Origin: a virus
Length of the DNA stretch: 64,000 bases
Virus record (IMG/VR): IMGVR_UViG_3300031088_000737
Coordinates: 32,001-96,000 of that record
Direction: 5' to 3' (one strand)
Of the stretch, positions 1 to 10,877 are shown piece by piece (position 1 is the stretch's first letter; every line of letters begins with the position of its first letter). Under the pieces are notes generated by a model that saw only the letters and a program-made list of their open reading frames with translations, was not told where the DNA came from and searched no databases. A program made the position numbers and the translations under genes.

Positions 1-33
1 CGAATTCAATCGAGTTTTTTTGTTTTCAATAGA

Positions 34-405
34 TTAGATACTCACTTTACAAATATGGTAACGAGCATAATCACCAAAGTTACCGATAAAGTCTCCGCGA
101 GTATATTTTACATTACCAATGATATGAGTGGTATTGTAAATATCTTTACCATCATATACTTTTATATTGTTATCGACAACATGAACAATACTGTATGCTG
201 TATTTCGACCGTTTAACCAGTAATTGCTAGGGTAATCATATTGACAAGTTGGCTTTGGTGGTTCAGGAGGCAATTCAGGAATTGGTGGTGTTTTGTCTAC
301 AAATTTAATAGACTCAGTAGGCATACCTTTACCTATTACTACATTGTAATCTGCAAAGCTGTTTGTGATCAGCAGAGAGGTAATTATTATCATTATTTTT
401 TTCAT
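34..405 (-). CDS. Small secreted hypothetical protein, paralog of 22459..23106
   Basis: ORF track 34..492; start moved to MKKIMIII (signal peptide ending SFA/DY). C-terminal CxY...KYxRG...YxIC pattern shared with 22459..23106. Confidence 0.7.
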   Translation of the reverse strand: MKKIMIIITSLLITNSFADYNVVIGKGMPTESIKFVDKTPPIPELPPEPPKPTCQYDYPSNYWLNGRNTAYSIVHVVDNNIKVYDGKDIYNTTHIIGNVKYTRGDFIGNFGDYARYHICKVSI

Positions 406-569
406 ATTCTTTTTATAATTGTTGTGTATTATAATATAACTTACCATGTAAACGTGGCTTGTAAATATAGTATTTTGCTTTAATAAAAGCAATATTCAAG
501 ATATTGTATATTTATGTTGCAGTAAATTTTCTTTTTTGTTATAATCTAATATATTTTAGGAGAACCACT

Positions 570-1808
570 ATGGGCACACCCGCAACCACAAGAATTGCTA
601 ACGAAGACGATTACATTGAACACCATACTCGTTGGGATGGTTTTCCTGAAGAGATTATAGGTTATATGCAAAATTTGTCTTCTAAATGGGAGACGGCTAT
701 CGAACTTTTTAAAGATAAAATCACTGATGATAGTCAAGGAACAGTTGGCCTTACTGAATGGGCTAGTAATTTTGAGAAACTACTCGAACAATACAAAGAA
801 TCCCCAACTATTGAAATAACAAGCTTATTGTTATGTTTCCTTTCTTTTACTCATCACCATGTGTTGCCACATAAAGCACCTGATGATTTGTTAAGTTACT
901 GGGGTGAAGGAGAACCTGATGTTACTGCTCAATTGATTAATGGTGGGTTTACTTATACCAAATTAGATGAAGATGATGAAGAACCAGAAGATGGAGAAAA
1001 TAGACCTTCCCTCAAACAGCCAGATATTACGGTAGTTGTTAAACCTATTCCAGATGATTTCAAGGTCATGAGAATTTATAATCTTAACAAAGAAGGTCAA
1101 TTGGTAGAAGATGATTATGTTGACTTTAAATATAAAGACATTACCGAAGAAGAACTTTTTGCTAACGTTCTACATCTACCATTGTTTTTAAGAGATGTAT
1201 ACACATTAACTAAGACAACAAGAACAGAAAGAAAGAATAATGACTATAAGGATGACTCACTCACCAGATTGTTTCAAAAAATAGCAGAATTCTATCAGCC
1301 TACCACTGAATACATACGCTATGGTAGGGATAGCCATGATAAAGTTCGAACACTGGCTGAGCGGAAAAAATCTATTTCTGATTCTTTAGATAATGCTGAG
1401 TCTATGATTCCCTTTGATCTTTATACGTCTTCATTAGGTAATCACATTGCATTAGCAAACCCCGGAAAAGTTTTCCCATTGACGAAAGGTGAAAGTTTGT
1501 CTGAGTATACTGTCTCTTTCAAAGTTGCTATGTTTGATAATCGGCTTAATTCTATTTATTGCAATATTCCTAATAAAAGCGAAGAAGAAATGCTTTCTTT
1601 ATTGAACGATGTCACTTTGAGATTCGATTTTAGAATGCATCGTTTTAATACTTATCATAAAGTTGATAATATCAGTGAACAAATAGAGTTTTTACAGTTG
1701 ATTTGTGATGAACCATATTTAGGTATTCATTATGAGGAAGCACTTATTAGCTTAATGGAAAATCAATATTCTATTGAGATGAACAATCTATTGGAAAGCA
1801 ATGAATAA
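570..1808 (+). CDS. Acidic hypothetical protein
   Basis: Long ORF (track 504..1808); AGGAG SD before ATG at 570; ends at a bidirectional terminator. Confidence 0.75.
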   Translation: MGTPATTRIANEDDYIEHHTRWDGFPEEIIGYMQNLSSKWETAIELFKDKITDDSQGTVGLTEWASNFEKLLEQYKESPTIEITSLLLCFLSFTHHHVLPHKAPDDLLSYWGEGEPDVTAQLINGGFTYTKLDEDDEEPEDGENRPSLKQPDITVVVKPIPDDFKVMRIYNLNKEGQLVEDDYVDFKYKDITEEELFANVLHLPLFLRDVYTLTKTTRTERKNNDYKDDSLTRLFQKIAEFYQPTTEYIRYGRDSHDKVRTLAERKKSISDSLDNAESMIPFDLYTSSLGNHIALANPGKVFPLTKGESLSEYTVSFKVAMFDNRLNSIYCNIPNKSEEEMLSLLNDVTLRFDFRMHRFNTYHKVDNISEQIEFLQLICDEPYLGIHYEEALISLMENQYSIEMNNLLESNE

Positions 1809-1834
1809 GTATCCACAGATTAAGATTGTAATAG

Positions 1835-1858
1835 AAAAGAGCCTTATGGCTCTTTTTT
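1835..1858. terminator. Bidirectional intrinsic terminator
   Basis: aaaagagcc-tat-ggctctttttt between convergent genes. Confidence 0.8.
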
Positions 1859-2528
1859 ATATTTTTTTGTTTTTTTCCTGCTCTTGGAATAGTTTCCATT
1901 CCCTTTCAATAATTTCAGTTTGCATTATATAGGAAAGTTGATCATATTTTTTTAATTCAGGGTTACTATTAATCTTTTCATCATTTAATAATGATTTGAT
2001 GACAAACCCCAAAGTAATGCCAACTACTTTACCATCATTAGCATACACTGGACCGCCTGACATGCCTTTTGTAGTTGAATTACTGGTTAATTTGTAAAAC
2101 TCTTTTTTTACCTTATGACTAGCATTTTCAGAAGTTTGAATGAACTTGGTTTTCATGACATAACCTTCTGATTTTGCTGTTACATAAAGAGATGTATTTC
2201 CATATGATGTAACCTTTTCATCAATTATAGAATGTCTCCATTCAGGAATTTTACCAGTAGCTTTGGCCTTGATAAATACAAGATCGCAACCAGTGCTGCA
2301 TCTGTACACGACATTGCTTAAAAAAGGTGTGTGTGCTGCTGAAACAGCGTAATCTTCATTCCATTGAACTGATGAAGCAGCAAATATGTAAGGTAGTGGA
2401 AATCCAGAATAAATAGGTTTGTAGCCAAGAGCTTCATCTGAAGATGAAACCTTTACAAAACCATTGCAACCAGTTAGCAATGATAACGAAAAAGCAATGG
2501 CAGCAGATTTTACTAATTTTTTCATCAA
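1857..2528 (-). CDS. Lipoprotein trypsin-like serine protease
   Basis: Lipobox LTG/C; catalytic motifs AAH (His), CDLVF (Asp), GMSGGP (Ser). Confidence 0.8.
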   Translation of the reverse strand: MMKKLVKSAAIAFSLSLLTGCNGFVKVSSSDEALGYKPIYSGFPLPYIFAASSVQWNEDYAVSAAHTPFLSNVVYRCSTGCDLVFIKAKATGKIPEWRHSIIDEKVTSYGNTSLYVTAKSEGYVMKTKFIQTSENASHKVKKEFYKLTSNSTTKGMSGGPVYANDGKVVGITLGFVIKSLLNDEKINSNPELKKYDQLSYIMQTEIIEREWKLFQEQEKNKKI

Positions 2529-2664
2529 ATATAACTCCTTTGTGATAATACTATTATACTAAAATTATAATATTAAGGCAATTTATCTATTAAATAAACG
2601 ACGAGTGACATTTTTAAAATTTTAAAAATAAATGATTAATGGTGAAAATTTATCAAATTATTTT

Positions 2665-3338
2665 CTATATTTTTTTTTCCTGTTCTTGGAATATTTTCCA
2701 TTCTCTTTCAATGATTTCAGTCTGCATCATATACGAAATAGAGCTAGGTTCTATAAGTTCTGGAACCTTTGCCAACTTTTCTTTACTTAGTAATGTTTTA
2801 ATTACGAATCCTAATGTAATTCCGACGACCTTGCCATCTTCTCCATAAATCGGACCACCTGACATGCCCATTATGCTGGATATGTTATTAAGTTTGTAAA
2901 GTTCTACCGATTTTTTGTTATTTATTTCAACATCTTTCTGAAATCTTGTTAAGAGCGATACACCTTCTGTTTTAGCTGGTATATACAGTGGGGAAGTACC
3001 ATAAGCGGTTAATTTTTCATTCGGAACGGAATGTCTCCACTCAGGAATATTACCAGTTGCTTTTCTTTTGATAAAGACTAAATCGCATCCTGTACTGCAG
3101 GTGTAAGCGATGTTTCTTAACAAGGGCGTATGTTTGGCCGTCACACAGCATAATCTTCGTTCCATTGAACAGATGACGCAACAAAGAATAAAGGTAAAGG
3201 AAAGCCAGAAAATACAGGCTCGTAGCCTGTTGCTTTTTCAGCAGATGTTAATTGAATGGTGCCATTACAACCAGAAAGTAAGGTGACAGCCGATATCACA
3301 AGTCCATACTTGATACATTTTGAAAGTCCATTTAACAC
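2665..3338 (-). pseudogene. Frameshifted paralog of the lipoprotein serine protease
   Basis: ORFs 3141..3338 and 2665..3165 join into a full-length paralog if one TG is removed from GCT GTG TG ACG GCC AAA CAT (3142..3147). Confidence 0.75.
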
Positions 3339-3406
3339 AAAATTCTCCTAAAAACATTTAACTCATATTCAGATTGCGTCAAAAAAATATTTAGTCAACT
3401 TTAAAA

Positions 3407-3422
3407 TTGACCAGTTGGTCAA
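3407..3422. promoter_or_regulatory. Perfect RutR-type operator palindrome
   Basis: TTGACCAGTTGGTCAA matches the E. coli RutR consensus TTGACCAnnTGGTCAA. Confidence 0.5.
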
Positions 3423-3592
3423 TAAAATGACGAATGGTTTTATCATTTGTTTATTGTATAAAATATGTTTTACTGTTGTTATAGGACATTAACTGCCTTG
3501 CCAAGCACACTGGCGAAATCTTTATGATAAGTGATTCAAACAAATCAACAGTAAATTAATTAACTAAGTGCTTATAGTTAAAGGAGACTAAA

Positions 3593-5116
3593 ATGAGTAA
3601 TTTTGACATTGCCAAGAAAGACGCTGCACGTCTATTAAAAATAGCTAAAGAAAACCTATCCGGTGATATGCCGACCATTCCTATCAAAAATCTAAGTCAA
3701 GCTAAAGAATATATTGCTAAAATAAAAGGATACAAAACATGGTTTGAATATGAACGTGAATTAAAAACACAAGATGCTCAATACATTAATTTTCATAAAA
3801 ATGAAAAATTAGCCGAAATTAAACGTGTTCTTGAAAACATTGATGACCTCACGAAACAAATACCTTTTAAATTTATCCCATCTGATCGTATAGTCGATGA
3901 GTTTAAATACTTTGAGAAAAAAGAAAGACAATCGTATGTCATAGCTAAAGAAATACAGGATAAAACATTTTTTTCTTCGCCTGAAAAACCTTGGAACATT
4001 AGTCAATATCCGCTTTATATCAGTGGTTCTACAGGATCGGGAAGTGATGAAAGTATATTTTCATTGTTGAATAATTATGTGAATAACCAAGAAGGGGCTA
4101 TCATCCTCAATGGTGATGGTGGTCATTCAAGCTTCTGGAAATTATATTCATCCGTTACTCATGCCAAACGAAATGATGACTTTTATATCTTAAATTTTAT
4201 GAGTAGAGATGAAAGTGCATCTAATACCATTGATCCGATTAACGATATCATCGGTGATGAAGCACTCTTTATGATATTGTTTGGTCAAAAAATGGGAGCA
4301 TTGATTAATTCTCTATGTGAATGTATTAAAAATGCAGATGGTTTAGTGTCCTTTGACAATTTAGAATCCTTTTTAAATTTAGACAACTTAAAACTTTTTT
4401 TAACCGATGATTTATTCAAATCTGCATGGTTGCAAATTGAAAGCTACCTTGCTGAGTTAGTAGACTTCGATGAGCGTAAAGCGATTAAAAAACATGTTAT
4501 CAATTGCATGCAAGCTCGAAAAACTGTTGATGTTATACTCAATCATCCTTTTGTTTTTTCTATTCAGCCACAAGTGAAAATGGATAAAGTGTTTTATCAA
4601 CGTAAACTATTGAATATTATGTTTCCATCTTTAGAGAAATCCCCAGATTACTGCTCTAATTTAGTTGCTTTGATTGTGGGAAATATTGAACATGTTGCTC
4701 GCAAATTTAAAGGTGTTCAAAACATTCAAAATATTATTTATAAAGAAATAGATTATTCTACATCTCATCAGTTAGTCGATTATATTTTCAAAGAAACAAA
4801 TCATGAGGCTATCAATTATATTTATAAATTTTATGGTCACTGGCAGCGATCATTGATGATTCCTAAATGTGTTGCTGAATCAAAAACATTTGCATTGATG
4901 AAAGAATATGATGAATACCCAGATGCTTTAAAGATAAAAATTTTTGACTATATGGTGGATAAGAAAGGAATATTTAGTAAAAAAGCCTTAAAAGATCTTG
5001 ATTGTGGTGAGGCATTTATATTCAGTACACTGCATCGACCAGTCTGTAAAGTTAAAATGATATATACGAAAATAGAAAGTGTTCATAGCTCTCAGTTAAA
5101 TAGAAAAAAAATGTAA
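3593..5116 (+). CDS. Degenerate DotL/IcmO-like type IVB coupling-protein homolog with an N-terminal helical domain
   Basis: GSTGSG, RNDDFYILNFM, SNTIDP and PSLEKSPDYCSNLVALIV resemble DotL motifs (from recall); Walker A lysine absent (GSDE). Confidence 0.6.
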   Translation: MSNFDIAKKDAARLLKIAKENLSGDMPTIPIKNLSQAKEYIAKIKGYKTWFEYERELKTQDAQYINFHKNEKLAEIKRVLENIDDLTKQIPFKFIPSDRIVDEFKYFEKKERQSYVIAKEIQDKTFFSSPEKPWNISQYPLYISGSTGSGSDESIFSLLNNYVNNQEGAIILNGDGGHSSFWKLYSSVTHAKRNDDFYILNFMSRDESASNTIDPINDIIGDEALFMILFGQKMGALINSLCECIKNADGLVSFDNLESFLNLDNLKLFLTDDLFKSAWLQIESYLAELVDFDERKAIKKHVINCMQARKTVDVILNHPFVFSIQPQVKMDKVFYQRKLLNIMFPSLEKSPDYCSNLVALIVGNIEHVARKFKGVQNIQNIIYKEIDYSTSHQLVDYIFKETNHEAINYIYKFYGHWQRSLMIPKCVAESKTFALMKEYDEYPDALKIKIFDYMVDKKGIFSKKALKDLDCGEAFIFSTLHRPVCKVKMIYTKIESVHSSQLNRKKM

Positions 5117-5206
5117 TGTATTAAATAATATTTATCTTGATTAAAACACATGACAACTTTATTATTTTGATAGAAATGTTATAATAAAAAAAACAATAAA
5201 ATTGTC

Positions 5207-6970
5207 ATGAATCAAGAATATTTAGATATAGCCTCAAATTACTCAAGTTCTTCAAGATTTAGTCACTGTATTGGCTATATTAAGATCCTTCCCTTTAAAG
5301 ACCCTACTGATGGTCTTCTCAATAGTTTAAAAACAAATTCTAAAAATATACTATTACCTTTTGGATCAATCAAACAATATTTAGAAGCTGAACAGTTTCA
5401 TATGATTGCTATTCAAGACAATGAAGAAATCACAGCTCGTTATCGTCTATTAAATGATATGAATATTATAAAAAAAATAAAACCTAACTTCACACAATTA
5501 AGTGTATTAGCACAAGAGGCTGGTGTTGATTATGGCGATCTTTTGGCTGATGTTAACCAATTAGAGCAAATAAATGAGCAATTGTTAGCCCCATTTAGAC
5601 GAACAATAGACTATTCACACGAACTATTATTACTCTGTCCTTATTTAATTAAAAGCAAATCATTGCCAACTTATGATAATTATTTGAACATGTTAAAAGA
5701 CTTAAATGAAGAATATGACGATATATTACATAATGGTTTCTATGACAAAATAGAAACACTCAAACATGAAATGGCTCACCATATGATCACTTTTCACAAT
5801 ATATTGGATAAAGTATTGGAAAGAATCCAAGAAAAAAATCCAGAAATTTTGTCTACAATGAGTTCTCGATATTCGACTGAATTAAATAATTCCACTGGGG
5901 ATATTTCACAGTTCTTATTGGATAAAACATTTGATGAAACTATTCAATCTTCTATAAAACTTGAAGACAATCAAAAAGTTCAAGCCTATATCGTATTTAA
6001 AGATAACAGTATTGCAGTGAAAACAAAAGGACAATTTTCAGCTATCAATACGATGTCTGAATTGGATAATTCTTTTGTTGGATTAAAAGAAAGTATTGTG
6101 GCGTATAAATTAAAAAAACGACCTCAAATAGCCAAGTTATTCATAGAGCTTGCAAGAGAAAGCATTCATTTTGACAAGTGTCTTATTGCTATTGATACGT
6201 TTATCAATAATGAACAAATTCTTAAAAATATGAAAATGGATTTAAACATATTTACAAATAAGTCATTTGAAGTTATAGATGACCACATGAATAGTTTAGT
6301 AAATGAACATAAAACTAATCAGTATGCGAACAGTATATTAAGTAATAAAAATAAACACCTATTAACACCCGCAGCAATAGCTTCTTTTAAATTATTAAGA
6401 GAAATGAATGTCACTGAACAAGAATTACAAAAGGCTGTTGGCAAAAAAATGGCGGCTATTAAAACGTCTGATGATTTGGAAGCTTACTTGGTTAAAGTGT
6501 TAGGACAGTATACAGGTTTTAGTCATGAAGCTGTATCTTCTAAATTAGAGCGTGCATCCATTATACCTGTTTATGATAATGGTGATGTATTAGTATTCCC
6601 AGTTACTGAGTATAAACATTCAAAAGAGCTAGGAAGTCCAAGCTGGTGTATTGTTCGTGAAGAAAGTTATTTTAGAACTTATACTGATTACAATCAAAAA
6701 CAATATTTTATGTATGACTTTTCTAAAAATGAAAAGGATAATGATTCTTTAATTGGGTTCACACTCACAAAAGATGGTAATTTTCACACTCAACATCTTA
6801 GAGATGATGATTACCTAAGTGTTGATGAAAAATTACAATATATTGCTGATAATATCATGTTTAACCACAAAGATGAATTTAATCTCAGTGAAAAGAAAAT
6901 AGCCAGCTTGGATAAAATGTTTGAGAAGACATTAAAAAAACAAATAAATAAAAATAAACAGGGTCTATAA
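5207..6970 (+). CDS. Hypothetical protein with GSPxWCIVR motif, paralog of 49688..51472
   Basis: Shared blocks KKRPQ, FxxKSFExIDD, VGKKMAAIK, GSPxWCIVRxESYF. Confidence 0.8.
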   Translation: MNQEYLDIASNYSSSSRFSHCIGYIKILPFKDPTDGLLNSLKTNSKNILLPFGSIKQYLEAEQFHMIAIQDNEEITARYRLLNDMNIIKKIKPNFTQLSVLAQEAGVDYGDLLADVNQLEQINEQLLAPFRRTIDYSHELLLLCPYLIKSKSLPTYDNYLNMLKDLNEEYDDILHNGFYDKIETLKHEMAHHMITFHNILDKVLERIQEKNPEILSTMSSRYSTELNNSTGDISQFLLDKTFDETIQSSIKLEDNQKVQAYIVFKDNSIAVKTKGQFSAINTMSELDNSFVGLKESIVAYKLKKRPQIAKLFIELARESIHFDKCLIAIDTFINNEQILKNMKMDLNIFTNKSFEVIDDHMNSLVNEHKTNQYANSILSNKNKHLLTPAAIASFKLLREMNVTEQELQKAVGKKMAAIKTSDDLEAYLVKVLGQYTGFSHEAVSSKLERASIIPVYDNGDVLVFPVTEYKHSKELGSPSWCIVREESYFRTYTDYNQKQYFMYDFSKNEKDNDSLIGFTLTKDGNFHTQHLRDDDYLSVDEKLQYIADNIMFNHKDEFNLSEKKIASLDKMFEKTLKKQINKNKQGL

Positions 6971-6971
6971 T

Positions 6972-8600
6972 ATGAATTTAAAAGAATACAGTAAAATATT
7001 AAACGATACCTTAGAACGAGTTGAAAACGAAACTGGTCAACAGTTTAGTAAAGATGTTGAAATGTTAGCCATTAATAAATATTTGAATACTCCTATTATG
7101 AAATCAGCTTATCCAAATATTGGACTCATTCATGATATTAAAAATGATGCTTATATGTTGGAATACAATGCAGATGGTTTTCATAAATTTTTTGGTTTGA
7201 TGACAGAAGACGGTTTTGAATTTAGATCAAAATTTGGTAACTACTCCAATATCTTGAGTGGACTAAAACCCATGATCAGTGAAGCTGTTCAATCATCAGC
7301 CAACAACATGAAAGAATTATTGCAACCAGCAAGCACTTTTAAAGATTTCATAAAAAATATTAGTGATAACGATCTTAACAATATTATTGCTGTTTCTGAT
7401 CGATCCTATGCTGAGTTTTTCAAAGTTGTTAAAATGATTAAACAAGAAGACCCGCTCACTCGTGATTTCTTAAAGCTTGCTTTAAAAGTAATGAATAAAT
7501 CCAATCAGAATGCTAAGTTTATTGATAATTATATGGAAGACAGGGTATATGAAATTATAAAAGAAGGGTTTGCAGAAGGTAGTGATCGATTAGGTCAATT
7601 AAGAAGATTACTTCACATTCAAGATTTTGACATTGATAATTATGATTTTGATGACACTGATGATGATCGTCAAGTTGAGTTTCTTACAAATATCATCAAG
7701 GAAGGATTTCCTAAGAACAGTATTGGGTATTTGTTATTAAATGATCATAAAAACTTCATTCATAACGTATTTGAACAACTCGTTTTTGAGAACCTAAAAA
7801 AACCCTTATGTTTTAGTATGAAATTAATCAGCAATGATTTAACAGTTGAACAATTATATAAAGCTAATCCTATTGTGGATATTGTCTTTAATGAAGCATT
7901 AAAACAAGACCCATTGCTAAATGAACAACCAGAAAACCTATTTAAACACAGTGTTATAAAAGATAATGATATATTTACATACGAACAAGGTGTTGATTAT
8001 TTTGCTTATCTCGATCATATTTTAGAAGAAACCGACAGATCATCCGTCATGATGGAACATTTTAAAACGCCACCACATAGACGTTCATATGCAGTCATTG
8101 ACCCAGAACTAGATGTGGATGTTGTTCGTTTTATCGGTACCGCTGGGCCTGATGTTCGATATCTCTTATGTGCCAGTGTTGATAAGAAATCAGAATCTAA
8201 GTATAAGACATTAAATCTAGATACCTATCTTCTTACAAAAAATGTATCTCCACAACAATTAGAAGACGCGGTTAAAAATGTGATTGACTACTGTAAAAAA
8301 AATGAACTTATATTATGTTTAGACCACAAGTCCATGCAACAAGGTTTAAATTATGATGAAGATGATATTGTGTGTAATATAGTTGATAAATTTAAAACTG
8401 AAATCTGTGCTGTTCTATTACCGTCATCATCAGAAAAAAAACGTCATACTTTGATTTCAAATTTGGATCTCCCTTATGCTGATATTGTTAAACTTGATAA
8501 CAAAATTGGAGAGATGATTGAAGCTAATATGAATGTAGATGATATGAAAACCATGTTAAAAAATGGAAATAAAACAATAAAATTAAAAATGTTAAAATAA
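6972..8600 (+). CDS. Hypothetical protein, likely distant paralog of 51469..52845
   Basis: Long ORF translationally coupled to 5207..6970; same arrangement as the 49688/51469 pair. Confidence 0.75.
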   Translation: MNLKEYSKILNDTLERVENETGQQFSKDVEMLAINKYLNTPIMKSAYPNIGLIHDIKNDAYMLEYNADGFHKFFGLMTEDGFEFRSKFGNYSNILSGLKPMISEAVQSSANNMKELLQPASTFKDFIKNISDNDLNNIIAVSDRSYAEFFKVVKMIKQEDPLTRDFLKLALKVMNKSNQNAKFIDNYMEDRVYEIIKEGFAEGSDRLGQLRRLLHIQDFDIDNYDFDDTDDDRQVEFLTNIIKEGFPKNSIGYLLLNDHKNFIHNVFEQLVFENLKKPLCFSMKLISNDLTVEQLYKANPIVDIVFNEALKQDPLLNEQPENLFKHSVIKDNDIFTYEQGVDYFAYLDHILEETDRSSVMMEHFKTPPHRRSYAVIDPELDVDVVRFIGTAGPDVRYLLCASVDKKSESKYKTLNLDTYLLTKNVSPQQLEDAVKNVIDYCKKNELILCLDHKSMQQGLNYDEDDIVCNIVDKFKTEICAVLLPSSSEKKRHTLISNLDLPYADIVKLDNKIGEMIEANMNVDDMKTMLKNGNKTIKLKMLK

Positions 8601-8624
8601 AAAAGAGCTTCTAAAAGCTCTTTT
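8601..8624. terminator. Bidirectional intrinsic terminator
   Basis: aaaagagctt-ct-aaaagctctttt between convergent genes. Confidence 0.7.
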
Positions 8625-8640
8625 ATTTTTAAATCTTATA

Positions 8641-9456
8641 TCAATAATTAAAACTTTCTTGATATATTTTCTCTAGAACATCTTCAATACGCGAAACCAT
8701 CTTAAAATTAGCTTCTATACTGACACGATCTTCTTTTGATACGTTATCACCAATCCATACCCATGTGGTCTTGTTTGGAACATCAAGAAGCGTTAAACCT
8801 TCACAACATTCAATCGCATCTTCAATCATATGATTTTCAATACAAAAATCTCCAACAAGTGCTACTGAGTAACCAATGTTAGGTTCGTAGTCATTATAAA
8901 AGCTACTGAACAGAATAGATTCATCCAAGAAACCTTCGTTATAGAGAAAATACATGACTTGATTACCATGTGTGCTGGAATCTCGACCAAAATACAGATT
9001 ATCAATCAAATGACAGTCATCGTAACAGAAAAAAGTTTCCATATCTTCTTGATTGACTGAATTTAGCTTCAAAAACTCATTGAGAATAGTATCAATAACA
9101 GAATCCATATCGCGTTGTGTATCCACAAAAGCAATACCTGTTTGAGTATAAGAGTATAAAAGAATATTTGATAATCCAGAAGCCGTCATATCATCAGTCA
9201 AAGTTGTATAATTATTTTCAAACCATTTATCAGCATATTCGATGAAGTCTTGACCTAGCTCAGCTTTAAACCAAAAAATAGCTCCATCCCAAGAAAAGTT
9301 AGTGTCTTCTTCAAGAAAACTAATAGGTTGGTTATCTTCGATAAGATTAGCATGTCGGCTATTGTCTAGATTGAGCACCATCAGTACGCCATCAAAATGA
9401 TGGAACACTGGAGCATAACTGAGTTCAAATTGCTCTTTTGTGTGTTTGTAATACAT
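8641..9456 (-). CDS. Acidic hypothetical protein
   Basis: 271-aa ORF with GGAG SD. Confidence 0.75.
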   Translation of the reverse strand: MYYKHTKEQFELSYAPVFHHFDGVLMVLNLDNSRHANLIEDNQPISFLEEDTNFSWDGAIFWFKAELGQDFIEYADKWFENNYTTLTDDMTASGLSNILLYSYTQTGIAFVDTQRDMDSVIDTILNEFLKLNSVNQEDMETFFCYDDCHLIDNLYFGRDSSTHGNQVMYFLYNEGFLDESILFSSFYNDYEPNIGYSVALVGDFCIENHMIEDAIECCEGLTLLDVPNKTTWVWIGDNVSKEDRVSIEANFKMVSRIEDVLEKIYQESFNY

Positions 9457-9473
9457 GTTAAACTCCTATTAAA

Positions 9474-10040
9474 TTATACATCTTCTTCTTCTTTAAAGCG
9501 TTCAACAAAATCTTCTGTTTCTGGCAAACTTTCTAAACCATAGGAAGCCACCAATTTAACAGGATAATAATCTGTTACTGCATAGTTTGGGTTTTTCTTT
9601 TTAGGTGGAAGCTTATATTTCATAAATAATTCAGCCGATTCGCGTTCATCTTCAACAAAACCTTCATATACACTGAATGTCATCTTATCTAAATCGAGGA
9701 CATACACCCATTCGCAATAAAGAGAGTCACCTGCAAAAGAAACGCTGTTGATTAAATGAATTTCATCATCTGAATCAAAAATATATTGTAACAGTTCATG
9801 AGCTGCAGGCTGATGATGTTTGGGGGTGTCATATAAGTTTTTCTCTTGAAACTCTTTTTCACTGTGTAACCGAACATTTCTTAATTTCTTCTTGAATATA
9901 GCCATTTTTTTTGCATCAAGTGTGCGAACAAAATCTAAAACGTCGATACCAGTCCCACCGGGATAGCCATCAGAACGACCATATTGTGCGGCTTGAAACC
10001 TTTTATTTGCATAAACGCATACCAAGTGTCTTGTGCCCAT
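9474..10040 (-). CDS. Hypothetical protein with MGTR...YxxxDGYP N-terminus, a pattern common in phage proteins
   Basis: 188-aa ORF, AGGAG SD; family resemblance from recall only. Confidence 0.7.
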   Translation of the reverse strand: MGTRHLVCVYANKRFQAAQYGRSDGYPGGTGIDVLDFVRTLDAKKMAIFKKKLRNVRLHSEKEFQEKNLYDTPKHHQPAAHELLQYIFDSDDEIHLINSVSFAGDSLYCEWVYVLDLDKMTFSVYEGFVEDERESAELFMKYKLPPKKKNPNYAVTDYYPVKLVASYGLESLPETEDFVERFKEEEDV

Positions 10041-10136
10041 ATAAATCTCCTAAAATAAGTATCGTCTATATTATCATCTTTATCTTGAAATTACAATAAA
10101 ATAATGATAGTCTATTGTGAGAAAAATGGAGAAATC

Positions 10137-10877
10137 ATGAATATTCAATTGATTTTAGATAAAACTAAGTTTACCGATTTAGAGAAAATAAAAGTAGGTG
10201 CATTTATTACACCACTGACTAATAACATGAGTATCGTGTCGATTGAATATTCAGACTTAGATAAATATGAAATGATTAGCATCCATTTACATGACATTGT
10301 TTATTATTTTGGAAAGTCAGAAGTTGGACAAGTCTTAACATTGACATCATTTGAACGTTCAAAAGAAACTTATACAGAATACCAATTTTTTAGTAGTTTT
10401 ATCCCTACGATTGTTTACAAATTTAAGGAAGGTAAATCATTAGGCATGGGTAATGGAAGAAAAGAACGAAAACGAACCACTTTATACAATACTGCGTATG
10501 TTGATCCCATGATCAAAGTCGATATCGGTTATGCGGGTGGATCTGAAAAGCCAAAACAGATTACTGTTTATGTTCAAAAAAACGATTTGGTCAAGGTCAA
10601 CAAAGGTTTCACATTGGATCTCGTTAACTATTATTTTACGATTGACATGAAAACAAAAGAAGTTTTAGAAACACACTCGCATGGTGCAAAACGTTACAAC
10701 ATGTTATTTTCTGATAAACAATTTAAAAATCATACAAAATATAAATACTCAACAGAACTGGCAGAAAATTTTCTCGGATGTTTTAGCTCTTTGAATGATG
10801 TTCAAGATGTTTATTCAACGATAGGAAGGGAAGGGATACAGAATTTTGTTTACCTCAGTAAAATGATTTTAATTTAA
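10137..10877 (+). CDS. Hypothetical protein (C-terminal M-4 family)
   Basis: GGAG SD before ATG 10137; ends LSKMILI. Confidence 0.7.
   Translation: MNIQLILDKTKFTDLEKIKVGAFITPLTNNMSIVSIEYSDLDKYEMISIHLHDIVYYFGKSEVGQVLTLTSFERSKETYTEYQFFSSFIPTIVYKFKEGKSLGMGNGRKERKRTTLYNTAYVDPMIKVDIGYAGGSEKPKQITVYVQKNDLVKVNKGFTLDLVNYYFTIDMKTKEVLETHSHGAKRYNMLFSDKQFKNHTKYKYSTELAENFLGCFSSLNDVQDVYSTIGREGIQNFVYLSKMILI

Noticed and set aside
3495-3530. ZTP (pfl) riboswitch suggested by ACTGGCGAA
   Set aside because: The downstream CGCCUGGGC pseudoknot partner and the GUGG/CCAC stem are absent.
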